From: Lama glama
Taxonomy: Eukaryota
Direction: 5' to 3'
Assembly: GCA_028534125.1 (NCBI GenBank)
Contig: CM052845.1
Coordinates: 17,298,001-17,362,000 of the forward strand
Length of the DNA stretch: 64,000 nucleotides
Shown: in pieces, positions 1-13,197 of the stretch
Layout: every line of letters starts with the position of its first letter
Position numbering within the stretch: position 1 is the first letter of the stretch
Made by a program: the position numbers and the translations under genes
Notes under the pieces: model-generated
What the model saw: only the letters and a program-made list of their open reading frames with translations
Told to the model about the DNA's origin: nothing
The model's database searches: none

Positions 1-289
1 ATACAATAGACGCGTGAGTGTGTGTTTGAGAGAGAGAGAAAGAGACGTGCCGGGACGGATTATCCTGCCTGGGCGACTGGGGTCCATCACGTAGGAATCC
101 AAGCAACGGTGTCTGAACCAAGTCAACTACAGTCCAGGATTAATTCACTTCGTAGACACAAACAGGTTATTTTAAAGGAAGAACTCAACCATGTTAGAAC
201 TGCAGAATACCTGCCTCTCAAAACAGCCAGTTCTTATTTTTAAGAGTTAGAAATGCATTCAGAAAAGAAGGCTGCATAGCAAATCGGGC

Positions 290-535
290 AACATTAGAAC
301 AACCAGGCAGACGGGCTCAAATCCCTTTTCTGCCTCTTACTGGATGGATACAATAGGATGCGTTTCTTAATCTCTCTCAACCTCAGTTTCCTCATCTGAA
401 AAAAGCAGATAATAATAGGACTTACATCCTGGGGTTTGTGTACAAGTTAAATAAGATCATGAATAGCATACATTTACCAGAGAGCGAGCACAATGTGCTC
501 AGGAAGTATTGATTTGCTATGGTGATTATAACTAA
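290..535 (+). mobile_element. MIR SINE
   Basis: GGGCTCAAATCCC...CTTAATCTCTCTCAACCTCAGTTTCCTCATCTGAAAAA core and GTGCTCAGGAAGTATT tail. Confidence 0.8.
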
Positions 536-3500
536 TAATTAAAATTTCAACTAAGTAAATAAATAAGTAGACAAATAAATAAATAACTCCATACACGGAC
601 GATCCTTGTCACTCAGAATTGTCAGCATCAATTTGCGGACTGATTTTCCAAAACCATTTAAAAAAATTATCTTCTACATATAATCTCCTGTGACCTCAAG
701 GCATAACCCCAAAGACACAGTGTGAGGCAGAGGGGAAGGCTGTGAGAGGTGAGGCGCTGCCCGGGGCCACACAGGTCACATGGCCCTGAGGACTTGTCTC
801 AGATTCCCACCCTCCCAGTTCTCACACCCTCGGTTCCTGTCTTCCTCGTGGGTCCCCAACACTGGAACTAGGCTATCGAATCCCGCCACCACCCCCAAGA
901 ATTCTTCAGGTGGCCAACTTCTGTGTCTAGCAAATTCCAGAAAGCCTCTTTTCCAAATAAGTAAAGAACACTATGAATTCTACAGCTGAATAGATGATGC
1001 TTATGGGAGAACCCATTACGTGTGGCTGCTTTCTATCTCCTTGACATGTTATCCTGACTTCTTGTTTGAAAATCCAAGTACAACTGTACCTAAAAGAACC
1101 GCCTGGACTTCTCCGGCGGCTCCGCCGTCTACAGCCACCCCAGTGTAGTACACATTTGGATTGACACGTTCTCCTACTTGTCTGGCCTGCTTTTGTTCAC
1201 CAATGTTTTCAAAAACATGTGTTCCCAAAGCAAATCTCAGAGCAGGTTTTTGTCTTTCCGTCAGCACCTGCACAGATAAATGTTTTGGAAATAATAATAT
1301 CAGAATCCACTTTTATTATAATGTAAGGCCTATTATAGATTTTTCCCCTCAAAATTATTAAATATTAAATAAATATTAAAAAAAACAGATACACACAAAT
1401 CTTTAGGCATAGATGCAAATTTTGAATGTAAATCTTCATTTTGGAGAGATGTGCAGATGTCAAACATTTAGTTAGAACATGAAAAATGTCCTCAGACCAT
1501 TTATAAAGAGCTATGCTGAAAACAAAGAAAACATCAAGATGACTGGCTCTTCCTGGCTTTTGCTCTTTCTTTCTTTCTTTTCTTTCTTTTTTGGTCTTTC
1601 CTAAGAGCATGGATTTTTAACTCTTCACTAAACTTACATGAAAACATAACTATCATTTAGAAAAACAAAAATCTCTTTTTGGTCCTCATATCTGTTTTCA
1701 TCCTTGCTTCCTGACCCTTGAGGATGCCAACGGAACACATTTTTTCCCCCTCAAAGGTATGTTTAGGCCTTTACTGGGAAATAAGTCATTTCTGGCATTG
1801 GTTATTCTTAGCTATAGGAGATTACATGTTACAAATGCTTTTTCTCTCACGGTCCTCCATGTTGATGTTAGGAACCTAAAAAAAAAAAATTGTAAGCAGA
1901 TGTAAACAGAAAGTATGCAAGATAGGGACACACCTGTCACTGTAGTGAAAGGGCTGGATAACTTTCTGCATTGGTGATAGTAATTTTTATATTCAAGTAT
2001 TGAGAAATTGATAAACTTTAAAATCTTGCACAGCACAGGTCAATGGGAAACACAACGGAAGATCTATTCCCTACTGCTTTCCATTCTGCATACTAGATTG
2101 GAAATGGAGATTCACTCCCTTAGAGTTAAGTTTTTTGTCATTCATATTTATCAACAATAAGGTGAGTGACAAAATTATGATGAAAACACAGTACTGATGC
2201 AAACAGTAATGCAGGCAATTTATTACCGTAAGGTTAAAAAAAAACCCTGTATTGCAGGCTTAGGTGTTTCTTGATCAGTAAAACCATCTCCATGTTATCA
2301 ACAGGGAAGAGCACTTACTAGAGTGTGCTTTTCACAACCATATGGACAGATTTATTATTTTACAACAAGTCCTATCTAGAAATAATTTTGATACAGTTAC
2401 TCTGGGAAATCAGTTGCCACCTTAGGAAAAACACTGACTTGGTCACATGGATGTGATCTGATTTAAGCCATGAGTTATTAACCTCAACTGAACTCAGGAA
2501 TGAAGTCTCATAAATACCTTGAAAAAATGCAGCGTATCAGAAGAAATGTTAAACTGAAATAAAAACAATAACGAGACAGGAAGATCATGAAAAATGGCTT
2601 GATTCAAAGAACTTTTAAAGGTTAGAGCTCTGTTAGAGGTTAAAAAACAGAAAGCAATATGAGAGGGGAAACACAAGGAAGGCAGAAGATTAATATGCTC
2701 ACTGCCCGCTTTTTGTTTTATGACGCTCATTGTTTTCTAAGAGGTTACCATTTTTGCAGCTGGTCAGAAATATCACATTCCTTGATGTCTCCAAAGGTTT
2801 TATATGACGAGGCTTAACCATACTTTAACTTGAATAACATATTAAGCAGCTGTTGAAAATAAAAACGCGTTATGGATTTTTGAAGAGAGACACCAGTACG
2901 AGGAAAGCAACTTCTCCTGGGGTGTGAATTATGATGACCCATTTTCTATCATATTCAAATTTTCACAAATAGCAGAGATTCTAAAATATAGGCTCCAGGT
3001 GCTTTTTACTTGAGACAATTTCTTGGTACTTTTACAAGCATGGTTAAAAGTTTTATTTTTAATTAATTAAACATATGGTATGTTGCGAAGGGAGGGGGAT
3101 GGATTTATTATAAAGTGTCTGAGGATGACATGCATGCCAAGTAACTCCTTTCAAATGACTACAAGTATCTTAGTATAATTACACTCTATATTGTGAAGAA
3201 AAAAAGGCATATCAGATCACAAATGAAAAACCTGTATTTAAATTAAGTCAATGTTCACATTGAGATAATTGTTTAAAATGCCAACAAGCAAAACTTTATT
3301 TTATGTTGATGTATTTAAGGTTTCCTGTTTTTAGACCTATTGGCAACTTAGTATAATTAAAATAAATAAAATAAAATGATTGTTTATTCACTGTCATAAA
3401 TAAAAACAGGTCAGTGATACCTCTCTGCCAATGAACTTCACTTCACATTAGCTTAAAATTTTTACATGCAATTTTTTTTTTGGCTTCCATCTTTGCCTGT

Positions 3501-5169
3501 TTCTTTTTTCATGACAAGTGAATAAATGCATATATGAAAGTTGATTTCTAGTAAAAAGAAATGTTCGAACCTGGCTCCTAGTCAAAGGATTCATGTACAC
3601 CATCATAGATGTATATCAGTTCTTTCCAATTACAGAGCAAAATAATTTCAGAGTAATTTTGATCATAACATTATATTTTCTCAAAGACATGCAAGTTAAA
3701 CTGACTTCCTTCCTGCTGCCAAAAAATCTGTAACACATTTCCGACATTTGAAATGCTACATTCTCTTTCGGAATCAAAGACGACAGTGCGAGAATGATGA
3801 GACCATTCAAACCTGCCAAGAGGCTTGAAAATCGCTGTGGTCAGAAAACAGTAAAGCATCCACGAAAAGCTGACCTTTCTTCTCCCTCCTGTTAAAGATC
3901 CAGCTGAAACCCAGAGGCTTATGGAAAAAATGGACCTTCTGATCATTAAACTAGTTTTGAAATAGTCCACTGATGAAGAGGGTGTCACCAATTAGTGTTC
4001 AAGGAAGGAAACTTACCCACCAGTTTCGACAATGACAAAGGTCGGAAACTAGCGAAGTGGCACAAATGAAATCTCTGAAAAGCTGGCCATTGTTTTAATT
4101 TTTCAGTTACAGTAATAGCAGATTTTAGAAAATTAAGTGTAAAGCTGATACCTATTTTGTACCTTTACCTCCTCTGTGTGATTTCAGTCTCTATATTTAT
4201 CTGTGTGTGTGCCTGTTCTGAACAATTTTTTCATATACTATTTAAACAGCGATGATTTTAAATAGATCTCTGGGAAATTTTATAAGGATTTACTTCACAC
4301 ATTTTTTTCAGGTTAGCTCAGTAGCATACGTGTTCTCAATGGACTGCATTCCTAGGCAAGTGCAGAATCAGAATCACTGTTTTAAAGAATTACTTCAAAC
4401 CCAAATGGCTATGGTAGTTTTTGGAAATGCAATTGTATGTTGGTTTTTTTTTTTTCTTAAAATAAAGCTCAGTTTTCTTTTCTCATGCACACACATCATG
4501 AAATAATTAGGTAATTAGAAGCTAGTTTTTCTGTACACCATGATATTTTTTCCATATTGGTTATAAAAATGGTAGCTCTCACTTAACTCTTCTTTTAAAA
4601 GAAATTAATCTCAATATCTAGTTTCAAATAGCTTTCAAGTATTTTACAAAATCAAACAATGTCCACAATGAGGGGTAACTTTTGACAGAACTACAGGGAG
4701 CAGAGAGCATGGACTGGTAGGGGAAAAAATTCTGCTTTTGTCAAATCTGATATCCAGGAAGTACAATCGGCACAAGTAGGCACCAAGTTTGGCTGTAGTT
4801 TCTTAGCAATGATAACAAAAAGGAAAAAGTTGAGATACACAGTTTCCACTTTCTGAAGGAGGAAATCAAAATTACTTGCAAGGATAAATTTGTCTAGGAA
4901 CTAAACTCAGGAAGGAATATTGTATGATCTCTGTGTATATAAGATAATGAACAAAACCTTCAACTATGATCTTACAGCTTCTATAATTGTCGTACCATGC
5001 CAGTCTGTTCCAAACTCAGCACAATTTTGTGCTAACGAAGTGATATGTGCATTGGCATTATTACATCTTGATTTAAGAGATTTATTATAATTGGTGTTGA
5101 CAGGACTGAATCCTCAGAAACTATCCTGGGTCTACACCCCTTGCTAGTGTGTATGAAATGAACAATTAT

Positions 5170-6660
5170 TTACCTCCTTTCATGAGGAGCTTGAATGAAA
5201 TACTCTGAATGGCAGTTTAGCTGGGAATAGAAATCACGTTATTTTTTTCCTCTGCACTTCAAAAGCATGTTGAAGAAAAGTTTTTGTTTTGTTTATGCTC
5301 ATGAGAAGACTCCTGCTTGAGAGCTGATCCTCTGGAGATCATCTGTCTTTTCTCTCGGTTACTTTAACATTTTTCTCTCTCTCCTTAACATTCTCTATTT
5401 TCTTAGCAAAGGTGTCTGTTTTATCCCTGCTTTGCACATGGTGTGTATATTCAGTCTGGGAACTCAGGTCATCCTTAGCTTCTGGAAAGTCCTTAGTCCT
5501 GATCTCTTTAAATACTGCTTCTCCTCTATTTCATCCTCCTTCTTTCTCTCTTTATCTCTTTCTTTCTTTCTTAATTGAAGTATAGCCAGTTTGCAATGTT
5601 GTGTCAATTTCTGTTGCACGCATTCTTTGTTTTTCTGATATTCCTGTAACCTGTATTTTGCAGGCTGTTATTTTATTCTCCATGTTTCTTACTTGCTCTC
5701 TTATATTTTTTTCAATCTTTTTCTTTATGTTCTGTCTCGTTGAATGCCTTAATACTACCTTAATATTACCTTCCAGTTCACTTTTTTTTTCCAACTCCAT
5801 TGAATCTAGAGTTTACCTTACGTATTAATTTTTTTTAAGGATCATATTTTTCAGAATTTTTAATGGTACTTTTTCACCTACTCTGTTCTTCTTTCCCTTC
5901 TGTCTATTTTGTTTTAATAGTTTCTTATTCTTTATGAACATTATTCCTTCCCTTATCACTCTGAGGATAACTAACATCCTTATTTAAAACCAATTGTTTT
6001 CATTTCACATGCAGTGAATTCATCTCCCAAACATTGCTTTTACTGACTTTCTTAGTATTCATTTTACTTATCTATTTTGGAATTTTGATTTGCATACTCA
6101 TTTTGGATAGTATTTACATAGCTTCTCTGTCTCTTTCTTCATTCATATCTCTCTGTTTGCTAGTATTTTGGTTGTCTCCATCCAGCGTCCGGGAACCCTG
6201 GTCCAGAACCAGATTGGTACCTTGCAGCTCTTGTTCTGCCGTGAAACTGGTGATGTCACACCTCCAGACGCCAAGTCAGGGAGTACGCCAGCTCAGGTCT
6301 TGGCTAGCAGGCTGTGTCTGCTTTATCCCGCCACCCCCTGATACTCAGCTTTCCAGGGAGACCTATCACCACTTTGCTGAACCTGGTTTCAAGCGCAGAG
6401 GCTGGCTCAGGCCCAGGCCATGATGGGGCACTGTGAGCCCCAGTCGTTCTGCCGAAGACAAACTCCTGCCTGCTCCTGACTCCTTTCCTACCCAAATTCT
6501 GTAGCCCCTCCAACTTCTTCAGCTTCACTTACTGGTATCTTTCTGTATTTTTGTTTTCTCAGCCATAGAGATATTTGGTTTTTTATTACAGATATGTCTT
6601 TAAAATGTCTTTCTTTTTTATAGTTTATCTATCAGTTTAGGTTTTTAAAACCAAGGAGGC
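5170..6660 (-). mobile_element. Ancient L1 (L1ME/HAL1-like) 5' end and ORF1 remnant
   Basis: T-rich plus strand; minus-strand peptide KKSELEGNIKVVLRHSTRQNIKKKIEKNIREQVRNMENKITACKIQVTGISE resembles the L1 ORF1p coiled-coil/RRM start (RRSNIRIIGIPE motif); GC-richer 5'UTR-like part 6180-6530. Confidence 0.65.
5551..5622 (-). mobile_element. Very short younger L1 3' tip nested in the old L1
   Basis: TTAATTGAAGTATAGCCAGTTTGCAATGTTGTGTCAATTTCTG is the reverse complement of the same terminus seen at 40330-40370, preceded by a T-rich tail. Confidence 0.75.
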
Positions 6661-6855
6661 AGTAAGGAGTGTCTGAGTGGGGGGAAAGAAGAGATAAAGG
6701 CTAAACAAACAACACCATCTTTACAGGAAATCTTCATTATTTTCCAAACTACATCGTCAACCTATGAACCTAATGACATGAGGGACAATGTCTCCTCTTG
6801 GAATCTGAATTAAGGAGAAGGAACAGCCCACGTCTCTCCCCTCCTCCGTTAGCTA

Positions 6856-7031
6856 ACCCACGGGTCCCAGAGCCCTTAAATGAGAATCATCTGAAACACT
6901 CATTTAAAATGCACATTCTTGGGCCGCTCTCCAGATTCCCCACTTGGGGACATCTGAGGGTGGGAGCCCAGGGGTTTGCATCTCTAACTGCACTGAACTG
7001 TGTTTTTGCAAATAAGCTGTGAGGATCAGTG
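6856..7031. mobile_element. MER5-family DNA transposon relic
   Basis: AGAATCATCTG...TTTAAAATGCACATTCTTGGGCC...CCAGATTC...TCTGAGGGTGGGAGCCCAGG...TGCATCTCTAAC, typical MER5A/B core. Confidence 0.7.
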
Positions 7032-8608
7032 CCTCCCCAGCAACCTCCTAACTATAATACCCTGTTTCTAAGACTCTCCCAGGCACTCACTCCTGCGGTC
7101 CCAAGAGGGATAGTGAGGGCACTGAATGGAACCATCAGCTCCACTTTGGACTTTATATAGGAAAGGAGACCCTTGAGGTCGAAAGTTCTCCCCAAAGTAT
7201 CAGAAAAGCAAAGAACTATGCTACAATAGTTCTCTTGTTATTTACTTGTAAATAACCTTCCGTGTAATCACCATGGCGCCTACCTGGAGACTGACAAGCC
7301 ACGTCAAGCTGGGGAGTGGAGAAAGCTACGAGGCACAGGCTTTAGATAACAGTCCTTGCCCACTGGAGGGGCTTAGGGATAAGTCCATGTATCAAATCCC
7401 TGCAGCGCAGGGGGCCTCACAGCAGGCTGATGCCCCATTTTAACTCCCTCCTTTCCACCCACCTTCGAGCACACTGAAGCAATGACAAGAAAAGAAACGT
7501 GAGTCAAATAAGAAGGATGGCATACGCTTGTCCCACACACAGTACCGTACAAGGAGACTGCACTCGACGGGCAAAAAGGAGAAAAGATTCAAAAGACACT
7601 TCTTTAGTTCAAATAGAGTGAGTGAAGAAAATGCTTTCATCTCTCCCACTAGCAACGCAAGACGGTGAATCAAAAATAAAGGGTGATGCTTCTCCCCAAA
7701 TATTTCCATAACCTGGGAAAACTTTTCTGCTTTCTCTCTGTTCATGTGCTTTTCATTTGTGGTCCTAATTTGAAGACGGTTTCTCGTCCTTGCCCTTGCT
7801 CTGCTGTGAGCCTCTCCTGATCGCTTCTTCATCTTCATGGGGCATGGATGCTTCTAGAACTTCCTAGTCAAAAGCAAGTCCCCTTAATGACAGCAATGTG
7901 TTCTCACTGGGAAGTCACAGGATTATTTTACATAAGAAAAAAACTCTCTTTAAAAAATCTGCCTGCCAACATGCCAGCTGAGAGCAAATTATTAGCAAGG
8001 CCCAGCAAAGAGAAATACTGCGTTTCTCTGAAGACAGTGGGAAAGCTGACCCCGCCTCTCAAGCCTCTTTTGCCCTCCCTCACATCTGCCAGATACGAGC
8101 GCAGTCCAGACCACACACACTGATCTGTGAGATGTCTTTCCGAGGATGCTATTCTCAGAACAAGAAAATTAGAGTGTTGCCTGATTCATTATTATACACT
8201 TGACCATGTCATCATAATTGTCTTCTTCATTATTGACGTTTTCCCAGCACCCCTGGCTGTTAGTCTTCTGTATCAGACACTGGAGGGGTTTTCAACAGGA
8301 CACGATCCTTGTGAACTTAAAGTCAGACAATGCAATATGGTCATCGCATAGATGTTTTTGAAGATGTGTCAATAACTAAACAGAATGTCCTGGGGTTACT
8401 TTAGTTACAATGAGGGGGCCTCGCCTTTGGCTGCTGGGATGAAAGGAAATACGCACTTTGCGACTCAGACTGGGAGAGGAACTGTATTTCCTCATAGAAA
8501 TGGTGACAGAGCAGAAGGATTGCAGGTTTTATTTTCCTAGGACGTCTCTCTCCTGAGAGATGACCCCAGCGCAATACCAGGCGCCCCAGTCGGATAAAAG
8601 CCAGCCTT

Positions 8609-8955
8609 CCTTTCCAGGGGTGACGACCTCCCCACGGGAACATGTGGGTCTCCTTCATCTGTCCCCAGAAGAGGAGAAGAGGAAACACAAGCAGCAGCAT
8701 CTGGTGCGGAGCCCCAGTTCCCATCTCACGGATGTGAGATGCCCTGGATGCTGTAAAATCGCCGCCCTCTCAGCCATGCACAAACAGTAGTTCTGTGTAT
8801 TGGCGGCTCTCCTGTCCTTTGCCAGCCGACAGGAGGAAGAGCAAGGCTTACCGAAGGATGCTCCTTCAGACGGAGGCAGCACTAACAGCACCCTGAATGG
8901 AGATGAATGGGAAACCATCCCAATAAACACATTTTGGATTTAAAAAAAAAAAAAA
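8609..8955 (+). pseudogene. RPS27: RPS27 (40S ribosomal protein S27) processed pseudogene, full length
   Basis: 5' TOP-like start CCTTTCC (8609), 5'UTR GTGACGACCT...AACATG, ATG 8642. Intronless [77 protein letters not shown] 8883-8885, AATAAA 8922-8927, poly(A) 8942-8955, 13-bp TSD AAAAGCCAGCCTT (8596-8608, 8952-8964). A ~10-nt deletion after ATG and a 1-nt deletion near 8770 break the frame. SPEEEKRK favours RPS27 over RPS27L. Confidence 0.95.
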
Positions 8956-11900
8956 GCCAGCCTTGTAGCTAGAGGCAAGACCAGAGAGGTCCATTGGGTT
9001 AAACTGGCATGCTGGACAGAAAGAGTCTCTAGGAAAACCTCTGCAGTGCTGAAGGTGGATGTTGCTAGGAGCCACATTGAGTTGCTCCGGCTCATGATCT
9101 TTTCTTTCTCTCATTTGGGGTGCTTCCCGCCTTTGTCAGGGAGCCGCAGCACCATGAGCCCGTGTTAGTAATCTGAAACCTCCGCCTGCCATGTTTACCT
9201 AAATCCCGGACTGGCCTTGGTTATCTGGAACCTCTCTCGCTGCTGTTTTGTTGACTTAGTACAACCAAGCCTGAGGTTTCATGTTTTTAAATAATGAACA
9301 GGAAAGGGGCTGCCAAAAGACCTGCAGAGCGCCTCATGTGCTCCTTTTCTGAGTATTTCATCGTGAGCAGCTCTGGCGAGGAGACAAGGGTTCTTGAGGA
9401 AGAATGCTTCTTGAATGAATGCAGAAATTCTATTTCACCCACACTGAATCCACTGAACTTTAATGAGTAGAGTGTCACATAAAAAAAAATGACTCTTTAT
9501 TTTAAACTTTTCAATTGGGCAAGTTCAATCTGATTTTTAAAAAAGAGCCAAAGTGTTCTGTGATGTTAACCAGCCATAGCTGGCGGCTTTTTCTCTAATT
9601 CCTTGCCAGCCTACCTCTGCCCAGCTTTCGTGTCAAGAATACTTCTGTTTTCTCCTTTTCAAGAAGGGGGCCCTTTCAGTCTAAGAGGATAAATATTTGC
9701 AGTTACTGCTAAGGTTTTCTCTAGAAGAACACAATCTTTCCAGTCAATCGGCTTTCAAACCCTCACCCCAAATTTGCATGAATCTCTTATATATTTCTGT
9801 CTGAATTTTATTTTTGTTTTATTGTCACAGAAGGCAAGTGACTAAGGAATCTGGATGAAAGGGCCTCTGGGAGGAATTGTTGATAAATTAGTGTGTTTTT
9901 GTGTGTGTGTGAGTGGAATTTGGGAGAAAAAGTTGAAATACAACAAAGTTAATTTTTATCTCTTTTCTTGCAATGATTTACTAACAAGAGGATCTGAAAG
10001 GAGACACTCCCTGTGCAATATCATATCTCTCTCTGCACACTTGGGTATCAGATTACGACCCTGTTTTCCTTTTTCCCATGGTGAGTTTATGGATATCCTT
10101 CTAGACGCCTCTTACAAAGGTAGCAAGTCAGGATGAAAGACGAATTCATCTCTGAAGAAAGAAGTGGAAGGTACATTTGTACTTAGTGGTTCAGGATTAT
10201 AACAATGGGCAAGAGTTTGCTATTAACACTTGAAAAAAATCTCAAGGTTAATTCTATCAATTATGTGTACATCAATTCTGAAAGGGATTTTTAATGTGTT
10301 GGCATTGCCATTCTAGTACTCGTTAAAACTTTTTGACAAAATAGAAGGAAGATCAGGGACTGAAGACTGAATTCCTCAAGACAGCACAAAGCAGCAAAGG
10401 TATTAAAGAAAAACGAGGTCATTTTCTAGTGATCTAATGGGATGTCTTTTTTAAATGATGCAATGTATTTTGAACAAATGTCAATTTCATTATTGAGACT
10501 TTTAAAATTCAGAGTCATTCTTTATAGCTTTAATATGTTCAGTCCCAAGTCTTTCTTCCTATTGAAGGTCAGTATGTAAGAACATTCATTCACTCATTCA
10601 CTCAACAAACGCTTAAGGTCCCAGGCCCCAACACCAATGTCATTCAGGTTACAATGTTATAAAAAGTAACAAATAATGTGACATTTCCTGTCTTGTTGGA
10701 ATGACATTATTTAAAAGATCTGAACTACTTACTACTAGCTTTTTCTTCACAGAGGTTTCAAGGGTCACGTTTCCCTGTAATATGTTATTTTGACATATTT
10801 TGATAAATTTCCTTGCTGTGAAATGAGGCATCTGACCCTGAGAATCTCTATTTCTCTTTAAATGAATAGATCTTGGTTGTATTAAAATTCCACCTAAAAG
10901 GGTAACATCCCACCTAGGAGTGAAAAAATTAGTTTCCTAAATTGATAACCAAGTTTATGCCTTCTCATATTACAGAATTTATTTTACATGAGATTGGTTT
11001 TTATGTTACAACTCTGTCCCCCAGAACTGAATTAAGCTATTCAGGGAATGAATATAAAGCAATAAAATGGATTTCCAGATGCCACACATCAAAAATCAAT
11101 CCTCTTATTTTATAGTTACACCATGGATAGAAAGTTGCTCAAATCACCAACTTATAGTTCTAATCAGTACAAATGGAATGAAAGCAAACAGTATTCCGGA
11201 TGTAAAGGTGATCATTCTTTTGTGTCTCACTGTACATCTAACTTTGTTTCACTGCCTTCCTTTGTCCTAAACATCTGAAGATGGCAAATCTTCTTGTCTC
11301 CTTGTCAGGACAAGAATTAAAGGTCCGCAATGTAATTAATCAAACATCATCTCAGTCTATTTTTGTTAGTTGAAATGGAGGCAAAAATTAAAACATGCTT
11401 TTTGCGAATTTACTTTTTAACATTAAAACTCCGTCTGACATTTCTCTCTCCATAGGCTCTTAAGGAAGTTACAGAGAATCAGATGTTCAGAAAGCAAGAG
11501 CAAGTCACTGGTAAAGCATCACCTTATTTTAAGAGGAAGAATGGCCCTTATTAATCATCTGAAAGTGTTTACAGGTGAAGGAACTGAGGAACGGGAGTCA
11601 TGGCCCCAGGCAGCTTCCACTACGGGCGTAAGTCAAGTCCCTTAAGGAGGCCATGACGTTTGTCATCCTTCTCCATCTCCTCAGAGTGTGCAGCCCAGTT
11701 CCATGTCCTCTGTGTGCTCTCACTCACGCCTGTGAGGTGCAGGACCTCCAGATCCACCAGTGTACAAAGGGAAAGGGGATGAGAGGGGTGAGGAGGACGC
11801 TGGCCCTGCTCTTGTCCCCTTAGTCACACAGAGCAACTCCGAGCACAACAGGAGACATTCTGGAGAGCAGAGGGATGTGTGGGAGGCACACAGGGAATGT

Positions 11901-13099
11901 TCCCTGAAGGAGGCTGGGAGCCGCTTTTACCCTCCCGGGGACCAGGTAGAAGTCATAGGGGAACGGCGGTGGGTGAAGCCTTTGGCCGGGCAGCACCGAG
12001 CAGCTACACCTACGATCTTTTTCAGGTCTGGGTGCTGGTGTGAGTCCTCACACAACCACCAAAGAGCTGAGCCAGAAGTTTGTGAAAACAGTGCCACATG
12101 AAAGCCCCGTTCAGCTGCCTTCCTGATGCTCCCTAATCCGTTTAGAAGGAGATCTGCCTTCCACGGAAAAGCGTCGGCACTGAATGAAGGGCTTTGAAGG
12201 AGAGTCAGCGATTCTGTGCCTGCACCTTGGCCTTGTCCTCAGCTCACAGGGCCCTGGATACATTTCTCAGGCTCCTCTGATGGGAGCTGTATTTTCTTGT
12301 CAACAGTAAGCTTACCCTGATGGCATTTCCTAAGTGTCATCCCGCTTGAACACAACATAATAGAACACATTAATTGATAAACGTGCTTTATTTACACGCT
12401 GTAGTTTGGGGCCTCCGGAGCTGAGAATTCGGAACAGGGATGCACGTGCTTCACGCGAGGACAGCCTCAACATTTCTCATCAGCCCGGCTGCGCTGCCTG
12501 CACACGGGACGTGTCAGCGCGAGGAAGTGACAACGCGGCCTTCGCGGCTTCCCCTGCTCAACGCTCTGATCAGGCAAACACTGTCAGCTTCATTTGTACT
12601 CGATCCATAAAGAGGGTGGTGTCCTGATCTTCTCTTCAAATTCTGGCCAGCTTTATTGATGGCTTCGATGTCTGCCTTAGTTTTGCTTCTATTTAAACAC
12701 CCAAATTTGTTTTTTTCCGGTGATAAATCACCTCACTTTGCAGGTGTCATTTTTCACATTCCAAAATAATATTTCTGACCTTGGGAAAGATTGAGATTGA
12801 ATACTCTCTGGTAACTATGCACAGATTTTTCACATTTAGGTTACACGCTGCAAACCTGTTAAGAACTTTGTATTTAAGTTCACGAAATCTTACTGCACTG
12901 AATACTGTTAGGGTGGTGGTTAACCACCCTAACAGAAAGAAGAAGGGGAAGTAAAGAAAGAAAAGGGGAAGTAAAACTTACAGGATTTCTTTAAAAAGGT
13001 TAGACTGTGTGGGTGGTGATGGCGCAAACGAATTGGTAAAATTTCTGAAGCACAAGGGTAAGCCCAAGTTTTTATTACCAATTAAGAAAATAATCTTTA

Positions 13100-13197
13100 A
13101 AAAGTTTGTTTTTCATGGAGGTGCTGGGGATTGAACCCAGGACCTCACGTATGCTAATCATGAGCTCTACCGCTGAGCTATATCCGCATCCCCGCCC
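13100..13197 (-). mobile_element. vic-1-type tRNA-Ala-derived SINE (camelid), short form
   Basis: Reverse complement GGGGATGCGGATATAGCTCAGCGGTAGAGC...GGTCCTGGGTTCAATCCCCAGCACCTCCA plus A-rich tail; A and B boxes; TSD AAAATAA(T/G)CTTTA at 13087-13099 and 13198-13210. Confidence 0.85.

Noticed and set aside
1049-1273. Minus-strand ORF after a CAG acceptor-like site (VLTERQKPALRFALG...)
   Set aside because: No teneurin similarity; the open frame is phase 0, incompatible with the phase-1 upstream donor.
1255-1282. REST/NRSE-like sites (TCAGCACC here, and near 18651 and 62973)
   Set aside because: Right half-site GGACAG is missing or wrongly spaced.
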